From: Basidiobolus meristosporus CBS 931.73
Taxonomy: Eukaryota; Fungi; Basidiobolomycota
Length of the DNA: 64,000 nucleotides
Direction of reading: 5' to 3'
NCBI GenBank assembly: GCA_002104905.1
Contig: MCFE01000193.1
Span: 62,001 to 126,000, forward strand
Shown: positions 1 to 13,682 of the stretch, piece by piece
How positions within the stretch are numbered: the stretch's first letter is position 1
Layout of the letters: every line of letters begins with the position of its first letter
Made by a program: the position numbers and the translations under genes
The notes under the pieces: model-generated
Seen by the model: only the letters and a program-made list of their open reading frames with translations
What the model was told of the DNA's origin: nothing
Databases searched by the model: none

Positions 1-1871
1 TAAAATCATGTAGTGCTGTTGTTGGGCATCTGTTCTTGATGTGTACAGCGGTAGCAACAGATTCAGCCCAAAACTTGTAGTCCATTCCCTTATCATGTAG
101 CATAGATCTTCCCATCTCTACAATTGTCCTATTTGCACGTTCTGCTACTCCATTTTGCTGTGGAGTATGAGGAACTGTGGTCTGTTGAAGTATACCAGTA
201 GACAAGCAGTATTTTGCAAACTCCTTTGAGCAGTATTCTCCTCCATTGTCACTTTGTAGTACCTTCAATTTACACCCAGTGTGTGTTTCTGCCATGTTCT
301 TGAAGTGCTTAAACGTCTCTAAAGCTTCATCCTTTGTTTTGAGGAAGTACACCCATGTATATCTTGTCTTGTCATCAATAAACGTCATAAAGTATCTCTT
401 GGCTCCAAAGGACAGTGTTCTCATGGGGCCACATATGTCTGGGTGTACAATAGCCAATATTTTGGTGGTATTGATGCCTTCTGAGCTCTTGAAATGTTGC
501 CTAGCTTGTTTGCCATATCAACATCCCTTACAAACATTCAATTTGATTGGAATTGAGTATTTTAAGCCCAAAACAAGCTGATTTTTCACCAATTGGCTCA
601 TTTTCTGTTCCCCTATGTGTCCTAGCCTCCTATGCCACGTCTCCAGTTGGTTTCATAAGTTTCAGCAATGTTGACATACTCAGGTACAATGATCTTGCAT
701 TGTAACTTGTATATATTGTGATCTCTGATTCCCAAAGCTAATTTTTGTCCATTTTCACTCAATATTGAGCAGCTCAGCTTAGTAAAAACAAATTTCAGTC
801 CCTGAGTAGTTGCTTTACAGACTGAGAGTAGGTTCTTAGCTATTCCAGGTACATAGAGTACGTCAGTCAGTTTTGCTGTTGTTGCCCCTGAGTTATCACT
901 CATATTTAGTTGTATAGACCCACTGGTGGTAGCTTCCAATGCAGTGTTATCTCCCAGATAAACCTTACTTACGGGAATAGTCCTTAAGTTGCTGAACCAA
1001 TCCTTTATACCACAAATATGCTGTGATGCTCCAGAGTCAATATACCATTCATTACTTTGGTTACTTGCACTCTCTTGTACAGTGACAAATAGCTGTTCAT
1101 CAGTAGTTATATGGTTTGCCTGCTCTAGTTTCTGTTTTTCATCTGCTTGTTTCTTCTTGCATTCTCTTGCCAAGTGTCCTGGCTTCTTACAGTAGTTACA
1201 GCAGCCAGGTTTTCTTTGGTTTTGTTGCTTTCCCTTCTTTTCTGTATGCCTTTCTGAACTGAATAAAGCATTATCTTCAATTTTCTCTGCTTGATCATTA
1301 CGTCTGAGTTCTTCATGGAGAAGTCTTCCTTTGACATAGTCTAAAGTCAAGTTGTCTTCTCTGCTTTCAAAAGAAAGTATGAGTGGCTCATACTTGTCTG
1401 GTAGGCTGCAAAGCAGACAGAGTATCTTTTCTTCATCATCTACACCAGCATTAATACTGTAAAGTTCTTCTGCAAGTGTCTCCATTCTGGTAATGAGTTG
1501 TAGCATGTCATCATCTGGCTTTTTTCTCATGTTGAAGAACTTTTGTTTCAAATAAAGCTTGCTTGATACTGACTTTGCTCTAAGGATTCCCATGCTGCTT
1601 TGGCAGTATTTGAGGCATGGATTTGTCCAATGAAGGAGTCTTGCACATTGATGCATATTGCATTAAAGGCCTTTCTCTCCTTCTCTTGAAACTTCTCCAC
1701 ATCTTCTGCTGTTCCTTTGGGCTCAACTTCCTTTCCTGTTACTATGTTCCAAAGCTTTCTTTCCTCAAGGTGGATCTGCATCTTGATTCTCCAAAGTCAG
1801 TAGTTCTTCCCATCAAACCTCTCCTTTACAGGGAAAATGTTGGTATTGCTTTGTTTGCTGGTAGAAGTCAT
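1..1871 (-). pseudogene. Disrupted copia gag-pol polyprotein
   Basis: ATG at 1871 (MTSTSKQS...). In-frame TGA in GKNY*LWRIK, with frameshifts near 1590 and 650. Confidence 0.85.
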
Positions 1872-1894
1872 CTTTAGAATAGATTAAGGCAATT

Positions 1895-1907
1895 GGGGCT
1901 CATTACC
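1895..1907 (-). other. Copia primer-binding site, internal (half) tRNA-iMet type
   Basis: GGTAATGAGCCCC directly after the LTR end; resembles the copia/Ty5 GGTTATG(A/G)GCCC PBS. Confidence 0.7.
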
Positions 1908-2276
1908 TGTTGCAATTTAAGAAGTGATTTGGATATAAGGAACTTATCAAGAAATAGTGATAATAGCTGAACTGTTGTTTATTCATAAAGAAGCTCAGTA
2001 TTTATACCTTTGTAGAAGTAATACAGCTGCAACACTAAGTAGGGAGGGTTTCTCAATATTCAGGAGCATTCTGTGACAGTTTCAGGGTTAGTACATAATG
2101 TTAGGTAATAGTTCTAATTTGATCCTGACTATAGGGGATTAATCATAAGATCATATATCTGGAGAAAGTGGCAAAGTTAAGGCAGTAAATGAGTCCTACA
2201 GTGACTAAGACTAGCCTAGAATTGTTAAGTAAATATTTAGCTGCTGAATGATACCAAATAGTGCAATATTTCAACA
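1908..2276 (-). repeat. 5' LTR of copia family A (369 bp)
   Basis: TGTTG...CAACA termini; near-identical inverted copy at 4051-4419. Confidence 0.92.
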
Positions 2277-2519
2277 GTATTACTGTTGAAGGGTTAGTGC
2301 AGTAATTAAATGCTGATGAACAAGAGAAATGTGCTACAATAGAAGGGATGATATATTGCTGATAAATGACTTTTTATGTACCTTTCTTGATTGCCAAGTA
2401 ATTATAAGTGATACTGTTCTACCAGATTACAGGCATTAGTAGAGCTTGGATGATATCTTATGAAGCTAAAATTTGCTAGGAAGTTCTAGAAGCTGAAACC
2501 TCTGTACCATAGAGATATT

Positions 2520-2545
2520 AGACTTGTTCCATTGTACTGTGCCAG
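2520..2545 (+). repeat. Left TIR of the AGACTTGTTCC DNA-transposon family
   Basis: AGACTTGTTCCATTG...GTGCCA matches the ends at 12990, 13413, 13683 and 22228. Confidence 0.55.
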
Positions 2546-2813
2546 GGTGCGTGGAGCAATCCTCAGTCTCTAAGAACAATTGTGCGCAATATTGTAGCTA
2601 CCAGTAGGCAGGATTGCTCTTGAACAATTTCACACCATGTGGGACAATCTTGCACACAATGGCACAATCTGACACAGTGAGGTTGGCACAAATGACTGCA
2701 CCAACTTGTAATGTTTGCATCACATGGGCAATTTGATACCACTATTATGGTAGGTCAAGTCCAGTATTTGGATATGTTTCTTTAATTTAAGTGAAAATAA
2801 ATGCGTATCCACT

Positions 2814-2974
2814 AGACTTGCTCCATTGTGCCATTGATCATAGTGCCAGAAAGTGCTGTATATTTTGTTATTAATTTGATATTTTAGGGTCATATGCATG
2901 TCAATTTTGATCACAAATTGGCATGCTATGGCACTATTGGGAACTATGATCAGCTGGAATGATGCTACAAGTCT
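2814..2974. mobile_element. Small degenerate MITE (~160 bp) of the AGACTTG TIR family
   Basis: Starts AGACTTGCTCC and ends CTACAAGTCT; flanks ACT/ATT; internal GTGCCA/TGGCAC subterminal motifs. Confidence 0.55.
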
Positions 2975-3718
2975 ATTATAAACTACACTGATACTTAAAA
3001 TTTTGTTACCATCACTCCAGTTGAATGATACCTCAGTGGTTAATTGGTCCAAAAGTATCCTGAAGCTGTCAGCCCCCAATTGGCACTGTGACCAATACAC
3101 AAGCTACCTGATTTGCCACAAAATATCCCATTATGCCCATTAGGCAAGTAAATCCCTGATCCTAGTGATTGGGCAAGGTGTCAAAGCTAGCACGCAACAA
3201 ATTGTGTAGGTGCAAATCAGATCAAATGGCTGCACTGGTGCCACAGATGATGTATACATATGCAGGGTGTTTACTTATAGGGCTCCTGTCTTTGATGTGA
3301 GATGACCTTGACATTGCTTATATCAAAAATTTAGCACTCACTGATTTGCAATGGCTTGATGTGGATTGCAAAAAAAATGCGTTGTGTGGATCAATACAAA
3401 TAATAGCAATTCAATGTGATTTCATCATCTTCTCCTAAATTTTTTCTCACAGGGATTACTACTGAAGCATTTGGTAGTGATTCACTTTGCAAATCTAAAC
3501 AACTTTCTTGTTGACTCTCCTCCTGGCTACTTGTAGATTTGTAGTTAGTATGCTGCAGCTTGGCCATGCTGAAATGCGCCAGATGATGCAACAGAGCTGG
3601 CATGCGGTGCTATGCACTGACAAGTTCTATTACTTGCCAAAGGCTCTGGTGGTGGAGGCACTTCATGTGGGTCATCATCAGTCAGTTCAGCAGAAGAAAC
3701 TTGCTGATGGTCACATGT

Positions 3719-4619
3719 TGCTATGAACAGACACAAGGCAGGAGGGTAGAGCTAGGCAAGGCAGGACCAGGAAAGGACTTAAGTGTGGATCAACAAGGCA
3801 AGACATGTTTCCAAGGCAAGGCTGTTTATTCAAGACCTACAATTTTCAGACTGAGGAACATAACAGGGGGGATAGGCCTATATATACTTTTTGGCAATAT
3901 GGATGCCAAGAGATATTGGCTAATAGGGATGGGGTTCTTGAGTGATGCACAGTAAGTGTGCCAAGACAGAATATACTAAAGAACAGACTAGAATGTCACA
4001 TGGAGATATGTCACAGGTCAGCTGATCATGTAACTAGGTCATGTGGCATGTGTTGAAATATTGGACTATTTGGTATCATTCAGCAGCTAAAAATTTACTT
4101 AACAATTCTAGGCTAGTCTTAGTCACTGTAGGACTCATTTACTGCCTTAACTTTGCCACTTTCTCCAGATATATGATCTTATGATTAATCCCCTATAGTC
4201 AGGATCAAATTAGCACTATTACCAAACATTATGTACTAACCCTGAAACTGTCACAGAATGCTCCTGAATATTGAGAAACCCTCACTACTTAGTGTTGCAG
4301 CTGTATTACTTCTACAAAGGTATAAATACTGAGCTTCTTTATGAATAAACAACAGTTCAGCTATTATCACTATTTCTTGATAAGTTCCTTATATCCAAAT
4401 CACTTCTTAAATTGCAACAGCATGAAGTTACCATATATGGCATGGGATATATAAATTCCAATGGGAAGCTTCCGTAGAATGTTGCATTGTGTATCATTGA
4501 CTTGAAGCTTTCAAGAAGTTGCTAGAATGTAGTAGAGCTCTCTACAATGAACTAGGATTTCTTCACTGACTTGATTTGGCTAGATAAATAAAGACCAGGG
4601 ATGTCATGAGATCTTGACA
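3719..4619 (-). repeat. Diverged solo LTR related to the chromovirus LTR at 15323/21511, interrupted by a copia solo LTR
   Basis: Starts TGCTATGAACAGACACAAGGCAGG like 15323 and ends TTGACA; flanks CATGT/GATGT (4 of 5 match). Confidence 0.75.
4051..4419 (+). repeat. Solo LTR of copia family A
   Basis: Reverse complement of 1908-2276 with few differences; perfect 5-bp TSD GCATG (4046-4050, 4420-4424). Confidence 0.93.
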
Positions 4620-4687
4620 GATGTAATGGCACGTGCAGATGCAACTTGATGCGCTGACATGGCCCTTGGCTAAGTGTGATGTGATGC

Positions 4688-7600
4688 TGTTATAATCTGC
4701 CGCCTGAATGTTTAAGTTAGATCAGTTTTTAGTCAAATCAATTAGTATATGTTTAGGTTATCAGTATATCAGTATTATCTATGAAATCAGTAGCATTAGT
4801 CAGCAAATGAATCAGCAGATCCTTATCAGACAGAAATAGATATATCAAGTAAGATCTTATTGGGTGATGATGATGCAATCAAATGAGTCATCAGCCACAA
4901 CCTACATTAGGAAATACAATGAGTCAGCAATTGATCTGGCAAAATGTATATAAGGAGCTGCTGGAACCTCAATAAAAATCAGTTCAAGTTTTAGTGAATA
5001 CAATACTAGCTAAACTCCCTATTCCTCTACAATTCTTATACCAAGACTTGTAACATTAGTAGCAGCAATAACCAGAAACCTCCCTCCTGAAGAAAGACAA
5101 AACCACCCTCAACATGTTGGACAATCAAGAATGGAAGAATGCCATGCAGCAAATCCTGGCCTAACAGCAACAGTTACTCCAGATCCTCAGCCAACAGCAA
5201 CAAGCAATGACTACCATGGCTCAGAGCCAGCAAAGCCCTGTCAAGAGCAACTTTAGTGTGAAGGTCAACCAATACCATGGCAGAGTCAATGAAAACCTGG
5301 GAACTTGGCTCTTTCAGATTGAAGAAGCTATTAAAGCTAAAGGAATTGCTCCAGAAAGCAAGTTGCATTATGCAGCTTCTTACCTGGCAGATGCAGCCTT
5401 ACAGTGGTACCACAACAAGATCAGGTCAGCCACTATGATGGGATGCTCTACAGTCTCTACCTGGGATGAGTTTGTGTTGGAAATTCAGGATGCTTTTGAA
5501 TCTCCACACCAGCAGACACTACTAAGAAGGAAGTTAAAGACACTCAGACAGAAAGGAATGGTTCAAGAATACATCTATGAGTACAGATGTCTACTTGGAC
5601 AAATTGAAAGAATGGACCCCTTGGATCAAGTTGAATACTTTATTGATTGGTTTAAAGTACAAACTTGCAAGGAAGTGAATTAACAAAGACCACAGACTAT
5701 TGAAGAAGCCATCAAGATTACATTTGACTATGACTCTGCTATGCTTTGAGTTGGGAAGCCTACAGTGACTAATCAGAAAGGCCACTATCATTACAAAAGA
5801 AGACAGTCAGAAGCGGTACCAATGGAAATAGATGCTATGCAGAAGAATCCTACCTCAGAAGAATGTAAGAAGAAAGGACTTTGCTTCAATTGCCACCAGC
5901 AGGGACATATTGCAAAGTACTGCCCTCAGAGAAGAAATGGACACCAGCCAACAAGAACCTTCAACCATATTGAGTCCCATGAACATAGTAATGTGGAAGA
6001 TGAGCTTGAAGAAGACTCAGAACTCACCTTCCACATGACAGAAGAATACCTATCCCAGATGACCTCAAATTCAGGAAAGCTATTATACTTGAATGGAGTA
6101 ATCAATGGAGTACCTGCCAAGATCATGATTGACTCAGGAGCATTGCATGAGTACATGTCAGAGCAATTTGCTCTCAAAGCTGGAATCAACTTGGAACCTA
6201 CAAAATCAACTTCAGTCTCCACAGCTGATGGAAACTCTCACATAATCAACCGTATTACCCAGCCAGTAAGAATGAAGATCAATTACTATGAAGAAGACCT
6301 ACAGGCTTATATATTTGGGAACTGCAAGTTTGACCTTGTACTTGGAAAAACCTGGCTATTTTGTTGTAATCCATCAATCAACTGGAGAACCCATACTACT
6401 CAGATCCAAAAAGACAACAAGACCTATGAGCTATTACCTGCCAGGCTGGATTTCAACTTTGTCAATTCCAGTGTGTGTGAGACAAGTGAACTTAGCAAGA
6501 CCCAGTTCTATAGAGCGCTTAGAAAAGGTACTCAGATGTTCCTCATGGCGGTTTTACAGGAGGATTCCTCTACCCCAGCACCCCAGCAGGTCCAGACTCT
6601 CTTGAAGAAATATTCAGACATGTTTCCAGATGAGCTTGTAAGCCTACCACCAGTCAGAGACATGGATCATGCCATTGACACAAGAGATAGCCCTCCAGTG
6701 AGCAAGTCACCTTACAAAATGAGTCCATTGGAATTGGAGGAAATGAAGAGACAAATTGATCAGCTATTGGAGCAAGTATACATCAGACCCAGCAAGTCAC
6801 CTTGGGGAGCACCAGTGCTTTTTGTGAAAAAGAAGGATGGAACACTTAGGATGTTCATTGACTACAGAGCCCTGAATTCAGTTACCGTCAAGAATAAGTA
6901 CCCCATACCTTGGATTGATGAGCTTTTGGACCAACTTAATGGAGCCACTATTTTCAGCAAGATTGACCTCATGTCAGAATACAACCAGATTAGGGTGAAA
7001 CCAGAAGATATCCCTAAGACAGCATTCAGGACCAGATATGGACATTATGAGTACTTAGTCATGAGTTTTGGCCTCACTAATGCCCCTGCAACATTCATGA
7101 CGCTGATGCAGACTGTCTTTCAGGAGTACTTAGACAAGTTTGTGATAATCTACCTGGATGACATATTGATATACAGCAAGACAGAAGAGGATCACATGTT
7201 GCACATTGAAAAGGTCTTGAAGAAACTAAGAGAGAACAAGCTATATGGCAAGCTAGCCAAGTGTGAATTCTTCAAGGAACATGTTGAATACCTGGGACAC
7301 ATATTGACTAGCACAGGAGTGACCTTAGACCCTAAGAAGGTTGAAGTTATCAAGAATTTGAAGCAGCCCCATAGCATATCAGAACTCAGATCATTCCTTG
7401 GAATGGTTTCCTATTATCGGAGACTTGTCAAGTCTTTTGCAAGTAATGCAGCCCCTTTAACTGATATCCTCAAGAAAGACAATACCTACATGTGGGACAT
7501 AGCTTGTGAGACTGCCTTCCAGATGCTCAAGAATGAACTTGCTAAGCTGCCAAGCTTAAGAATACCAGACTTCAGAAAAGAGTTCACTCTGTGCACAGAT

Positions 7601-9623
7601 GCTTCAGATTATGTAATTGGTGGAGTGCTGAGCCAAGAACACAAGGGAAAGGACTACCCTGTTACCTTTGAATCCAAGAAACTGAACTCAGCAGAGCAAA
7701 ACTATCCAGTCCATGAGAAGGAGATGCTTGCTATAATACACTGTTTGAAGACATGGAGATGCTATACTGAAGGAGTCAAATGCACTGTGAAGACTGATCA
7801 TGCCTCCCTCAAGTATATATTTACTTAGAAGGTACTCTCCAGAAGAATGACAAGATGGAGTGAATACATTCAGCAATTTGACCTGGAGATTGTCTACTGC
7901 CCTGGAAAAAACAACACGGTTGCTGATGCCTTATCAAGATTGGATCAAGTTGCACAACTCAACTTGGTACATGAATCAGATTGGCCTAGCCTATTACCAA
8001 AGTACTTGGAGGACCAAGCCATTCCTAATGAGGTGGATGAGGATATCAAGAAGATAATCCGGGATGAAGCCAGCAAATCTGTAGTACAGGATGAAACACT
8101 CTACCAAAGTGTTGATGGAAGCCCTATTGCCTATTGCCCTTATGTTTCTTGCCTGGATTTAACACATAAGCTACACAATGGATATGGACATCTTGGGATT
8201 GAAGGAACCTATAGCCTTGTGAAAGCCAGAGCATGGTGGCCCAGAATGAAACAAGATATTGAGAAGCTAGTGAAAACATGCCCAAACTGCCAAATCAGTC
8301 AAGGCCAGCCACAAAGAATTACCAAACTCTTCCCTTTGGAGCCTATAAGACCATTTGAGAGATGGGGAATTGACTTTATTGGAAGACTGCCAACTACCAG
8401 AAAATGCAACCGTTGGATCTTAGTAGCAATTGACCATGGCACTAAATGCCCAGTTGCTAAAGCTGTACCAATAGCCAGTGAACAAGAAGTTGCAAGTTTC
8501 ATTTACCATGAGATCCTGATGAAGTTTGGATGCCCTGTGGAGATCTAATCTGATAGAGGAGCAAGCTTTATGGCAAAGACATTAGAGGCTTACCTGGAAA
8601 TGCACCAGATCAGACACTTGAAAACCTCAGCATATTACCCCAGAACTAATGGAGTCACCGAGCAGTTTAATGGATTATTTGGAAAATGCTGACCAAGTAT
8701 GCAAATGGAGTTGTCAGTAGATTGGATGAGTATATAGACCAAGCACTCTTTGCATGCAGAGTCAGAGTACACAACACTACCCAGCAATCACCATTTTACT
8801 TAGTGTACCGATGTGAACCAAGGATTCCAGGAGATCTCACACAACCCAAGCTTACAGATGCCTTAGAAGATGAACTTAGTCAGCCAAGTAGACACCAGCA
8901 ACTGGAACAAAAGTGTCAAGAGGCACACACCAAGTATCTCAAAGTGCAGAAAAGATGAAGCAGAGATTTGATAAGACTATAGCACCAGATGCACTGACAG
9001 TTGGGATTTTTGTATTGCTAAGAAACAACACTTGGAAGAAGTTTGAGCCTCAATGGACAGGACCATTCAAGATCATCAGAGAATGTCCATTTGCAACTTA
9101 CCAACTGGTGGACAAACAAGATAATATCCAGGAAGACTTAGTGCTTAGGGACAGACTCAAGCTTGCAAGACTTGCTGATAATAGTGAACCATCAAGATAT
9201 TGGTATCACAAGAAAAGAGATTCAGGAGAACCCTCTCAACTTTAGTAAGGGAGAATGTTATGATCTGCTGCTTGAATGTTTAAGTCAGATCAGTTTTTAG
9301 TCAAATCAATTAGTATATGTTTAGGTTATCAGTATATCAGTATTATCTATGAAATCAGTAGTATTAGTCAGCAAATGAATCAGCAGATCCTTATCAGACA
9401 GAAATAGATATATTAAGTAAGATCTTATTGGGTGATGATGATGCAATCAAATGAGTTATCAGCCACAACCTACAATAGGAAATACAATTAGTCAGCAATT
9501 GATCTGGCAAAATGTATGTAAGGAGCTGCTGGAACCTCAATAAAAATCAGTTCAAGTTTTAGTGAATACAATACTAGCTAAACTCCCTATTCCTCTACAA
9601 CTCTTATACCAAGACTTGTAACA
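4688..9623 (+). mobile_element. Full-length but inactivated Ty3/gypsy LTR retrotransposon (no chromodomain)
   Basis: 368-bp LTRs at 4688-5055 and 9256-9623 (about 11 substitutions by eye, mostly transitions). PPT AAGGGAGAA; 4-bp TSD ATGC. Domain order gag-PR-RT(YLDD)-RH-IN. Confidence 0.95.
5114..9245 (+). pseudogene. Gypsy gag-pol with nonsense and frameshift lesions
   Basis: ORFs 5207, 5765 and 7847 share one frame, separated by stops near 5162, 5681, 5748, 7826 and 8546; frameshifts after ~8600. Motifs [44 protein letters not shown]. Confidence 0.9.
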
Positions 9624-10001
9624 ATGCAACTTGTTGATGCCACTTGGCCCACTCCAATGGACTTGTGTCTTTTTAGTAGTATTGCAAGTTGAGGTGGTTT
9701 TGCTTTGAACCAAGCATGTTGATCCAATACACATTGAGTGAATGCGGTGTAGTGAGGTCACAGTGACACCCACAGGCAGATGAGCTCATTCCCATATGTT
9801 CACTTCCCTAATAAGGATTACCCCCCTATTATTAGTATCATCCCAAATTGCAATATTTTCTATCTGTCTATGTGATTATTACTTTGTGACCTGGCAAACT
9901 ATTTGTAACTATTAATCCATTGCATAAGCTATTCCTATTCCTTGCCAAGATGCCAAGATAAGGTAGTTACCATATATGACAAGTACCCCCAACAGTGCCT
10001 A

Positions 10002-10730
10002 TGTCATGTGACCATCCTGGCTTCATGACCCCCCTAACCTACTACCATATGAGGTAGCTACATGACACAGAAGTTTCATATTACCACTATCTGATTGGCT
10101 AGAGACTACTATGTCTCATGGAACTATCTGCCAAGAATTTGAGCTATACTTAGTACACAATGACATGATTGGCTGTCTACTACCTTTTGTAAACCTCCGG
10201 AATGTATTTCCTAGCAAGCATTTGAGCTGCAGAAAAGTATATAAGGGAGGCTATCCCTTAAAAATAAAACATCCCTCTTCAAATATTCCAACTTATTGAT
10301 TAGTGAGATCACCACTACTTATTACAACTACTTTCTGACTCAGACCTGACAATACTTCCAGGAAAATGCTCTGACAGCCAACTGACCTTGGGGGCACTAC
10401 TTGTGAGGAATACTCAGAGTAGGTATCTTTTATTATATTTGATTGTTTTCCCAAGTGCGTTCTTGTACAGGCAAAGATACTTTTCTGTCTTTGTAACTAT
10501 TGACCACAGCTGCATTCTTATCAAGTCCCTGTTGGTGGAGTTTACAGCTGCTTTCACTTTGGAAGCTTTAGTACACTATCATCTCAAAGGACGTTGAAGC
10601 CATTATAAACTTTTTTTAAGTTATCAACTAAGTTGGGGATTGTAGCTCAATAGTTTTCCCTTGACAAGCTTGAGGCTTTATTCCCCTTTGCATTAGATTA
10701 GTCAAAAGACCCAGTGTTCCTAGCAAGCTT
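10002..10730 (+). mobile_element. Truncated gypsy 5' end: LTR-like segment plus leader homologous to the chromovirus leader
   Basis: TGTCA...TGACA segment (10002-~10351) shares TATA/polyA-region motifs with the LTR at 16265. 10390-10730 aligns with the reverse complement of ~21130-21450. No TSD found; boundaries uncertain. Confidence 0.5.
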
Positions 10731-12166
10731 TTGCCAGAGGTTATTGCACCCATTGAACACCCCACATACATTCACACTTGAGAAGTGATGACTGTATTTT
10801 GCCCTTTGGACTTATACACCACCACAACAAGGTACTCTTGTGAGGAGTGTTGGTGTAGTTTAGATTGATGTGCACTGGCATGCTGAAGTTGCAAGGGATG
10901 GTAAGGAATCCAGCTAGGCATGCTGGTGCAATCTAGACAATGTTGCTTGCGGACTGTATTTTTCCTCTTGAAGCTTACCTTTGGACTCCTCAAGGTATTC
11001 ACTTACCCTCTGTCTGATACTTTGGAACTGTTACCTGGATGAGACCTGTGTATATTGCTCTTAGAAGCCACTTTGCTCTACTAATACATCACATAATACA
11101 ATAGTCATTTGAGGCAAAAACTCATTCAAAATCTCTTTGGTTCCCAAAGTCAAGGCACAAACAGACATGCCAGGCCTGTACTGGGCAAACTGCGCGCAAA
11201 ATTGTTCCCACATGGCTTCCTCATCAAATCCCCTCACTCTCTGCTCATTCTTGATTTCAATACTTGTCTTGTTATATATCCTCTTACATATATCCACTGG
11301 CATCTTGATGTAGAACTCATGCCACAGCTTTCTACATAGGTTCTTCCATCTCTGTCAACTCTCCAAGGTATCTAGTTCAGCTAGATTAATGAGTGGTGCT
11401 CAAATATCTGTATGAAGGCTCATCATAGATACTTGGGCCATACTGAAATCATTTGGCAAGAACTCAAACAGATCCAACATCAACTTTTCTAGTCTGGACC
11501 GTGCTTGTGAGCTGGGGGATGGCTTTTGTCTGGGTTAAACTAAAGATGAGTTGAGACTTGGTATAGGGACCATAGTAATGGATTTGGATGCTTATACAGT
11601 AGAGTATTGGCATTAACCTGGTCTTATATGAAATATATATGAAAACTAATGTTATTGTTGAGTTTTCCATATATTATGCATGAGGCTTCTCAGATTGCAT
11701 TGACATGGATCAGATCACATCAACTGAGGATTTCTTATTTGATTTTAGACTTGTGAGTACAGCATCAATAAAAATACCCAGTCATTGTTTGAAGATGATT
11801 TTTGCAACATAATGATGGGATACATGGCAATTGATGGAGATTTAATCTAAATGCATTGAAGAGCAGATAAGTAAAGCAGATTGTGCTAAATCAATTCAAT
11901 TCACCTCAGCCCAATCATTTACCAATTGTAATATGACTTACTCATCTGAATGATATTCTCTCATCAGTGCCATCACTACCACTGGATTTCTGTTTGAGAC
12001 ACTAGAGGAGATCTATACCAAGTACTGTGGACCATCTACTCCAACCTACTCAGGGAGATCCCTTATTAAGCTTCTCTGCTATTACAAGAACTATTGCCCA
12101 ACAAGGTTTCATACCACAATACATAGCAAAAAAAGTCCTAGAAGCTTTCATTCCCAGCTCACAGCA

Positions 12167-12817
12167 ATGGAGAACTACCTTGCAGAGGGTATGAATGACT
12201 TAGTACAAGCTTGGAATACTAGGTTCAGAAGCTCCAATAGACTTCTATATCCCAGAGTGCTCAGCAACCGGTTTGGTATAAGGAGTATTTTGGATACCTT
12301 CCCAGTCAGGAGTAATATACCTTCTAGAGGGCAGAGGCACTTTTATTCTGGCAAGTACAAGGCACACTGTGTGAAGTTTCAAGCACTGTCTGACATTGAG
12401 GGTAACATCATCTGGTTTTGTGTGCCATTTGCTGGAAGTAGGCATGACAAAGCACTCTGGGTAGAGAATCATCCAGAATTCAGTAGAGGGGCAAAATGTA
12501 TGGCAAACTTAGCTTATATAGGAGAGGATTGTCAGAGATTAGGTTGTATTACAGCTTATTGGAAGCCAAGGAATGATATGCTTAGCAGGAAGCAGAAGCT
12601 CTATAATGTGATATTTAATCACTTCAGAGTGAGGATAGAGCATACATTTGGATATCTGAGGAGATTGAGCATATTGGCAAGTAAATACAGAGGAAGGTCA
12701 AATATAGGAGAAAGCAACAGAATAATTAAAATAGTTAAAATACTTATCAATGCACAGTATATTCATACAAGAAGACATCCACAGAGAGAAATGTGTCTGG
12801 AGCATTATGAAGAGTAA
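12167..12817 (+). pseudogene. DDE_Tnp_4 (PIF/Harbinger/ISL2EU-like) transposase, C-terminal catalytic part, probably inactive
   Basis: Motifs LDTFP, YSGKYKAHCVKFQ...G...GSRHD, ANLAY (N where ADxGY has D) and RVRIEHTFGYL. The frameshifted N-terminal part lies upstream. Confidence 0.8.
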
Positions 12818-12961
12818 ATAAAGTCAGAAAAGCACTACTCTGAGTAAAATAAGTAAGATTAAATAAAATTACCAGTAACTATATCCTACCACTGGCATTA
12901 TGGTAGAAATTATAGTACCAGATAGTGCCAGATTGATCTAGCACTGTAAGCATGCAGGCAC

Positions 12962-12990
12962 TATGTGGCACTATCCAAGGGAACAAGTCT
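12962..12990 (-). repeat. Right TIR downstream of the transposase
   Basis: ATGTGGCACTATCCAAGGGAACAAGTCT, nearly the same as the foldback end at 22960. Confidence 0.75.
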
Positions 12991-13412
12991 ATACTCTATG
13001 ATACTGATATGCTACAGATAGTAACACAAACATTGGTAAGGTGTCAAGGATACCCATGTAGGCTGTTGTCTAATGTAAGTAAATCTATTAATCACAAACA
13101 TTAAAATATATGTGATAACTAATGATAATTGCCAATTAGAATGAATAGTATATTTAAATAAAACTAGTATTATATGCACAGAAGAATGGGATAGTACTGT
13201 TAAGATAAAATATGAAAAAGCATACTATAGTGGTGTATTGATAAACCTTTATATGAAGTATATGTTTAAACTGCACACCCCATAAAGACCAGCCAGCCAT
13301 GTGTATTGGCCAGTCAAATCCTCCAAAATAAATGTAGATGCCATTAAGACTGCCTCAACATCAAGCATACCTAACAGAAAGAGTGTCAAAACACTGTCAA
13401 GTTTATTACTAT

Positions 13413-13440
13413 AGACTTGTTCCATTGGATAGTGCTGTAT
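13413..13440 (+). repeat. Orphan left TIR of the same family
   Basis: AGACTTGTTCCATTGGATAGTGC; no partner found. Confidence 0.6.
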
Positions 13441-13682
13441 GGTGCCTGCCTGATTATTTAAAACAGATAAATTGTACTTGTTTAAATTAATGGGTGATTT
13501 AAAATAAAAAATGTAGCTAAGAAATAAAATAATTGCATAATGGATATAACAAGCAATAGACTCTGATAAATCTAATTATTTTTTATTATCATGAAATAAT
13601 ATATGCATTAATAATATTATATATTTTATTCCATATTTACAATTGCCATCATACCAACTTGGATTTAACAGAACTTTTTAAT

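Larger units (their letters stand above)
1..2276 (-). mobile_element. Ty1/copia LTR retrotransposon (family A): 5' LTR, gag, protease, GAG-pre-integrase and integrase start; runs off the left window edge
   Basis: Minus-strand ORFs carry a copia gag, a CxxCxxxxHxxxxC knuckle (CNYCKKPGHLAREC), protease WYIDSGASQH, WHRRLGH and integrase RSDNG-like motifs. LTR at 1908-2276 is followed by a PBS. Confidence 0.93.

Noticed and set aside
5056-5068. TTAGTAGCAGCA as PBS of the first gypsy
   Set aside because: Could be a decayed TGGTAGCAG-type site, but I cannot assign a tRNA or a self-priming partner.
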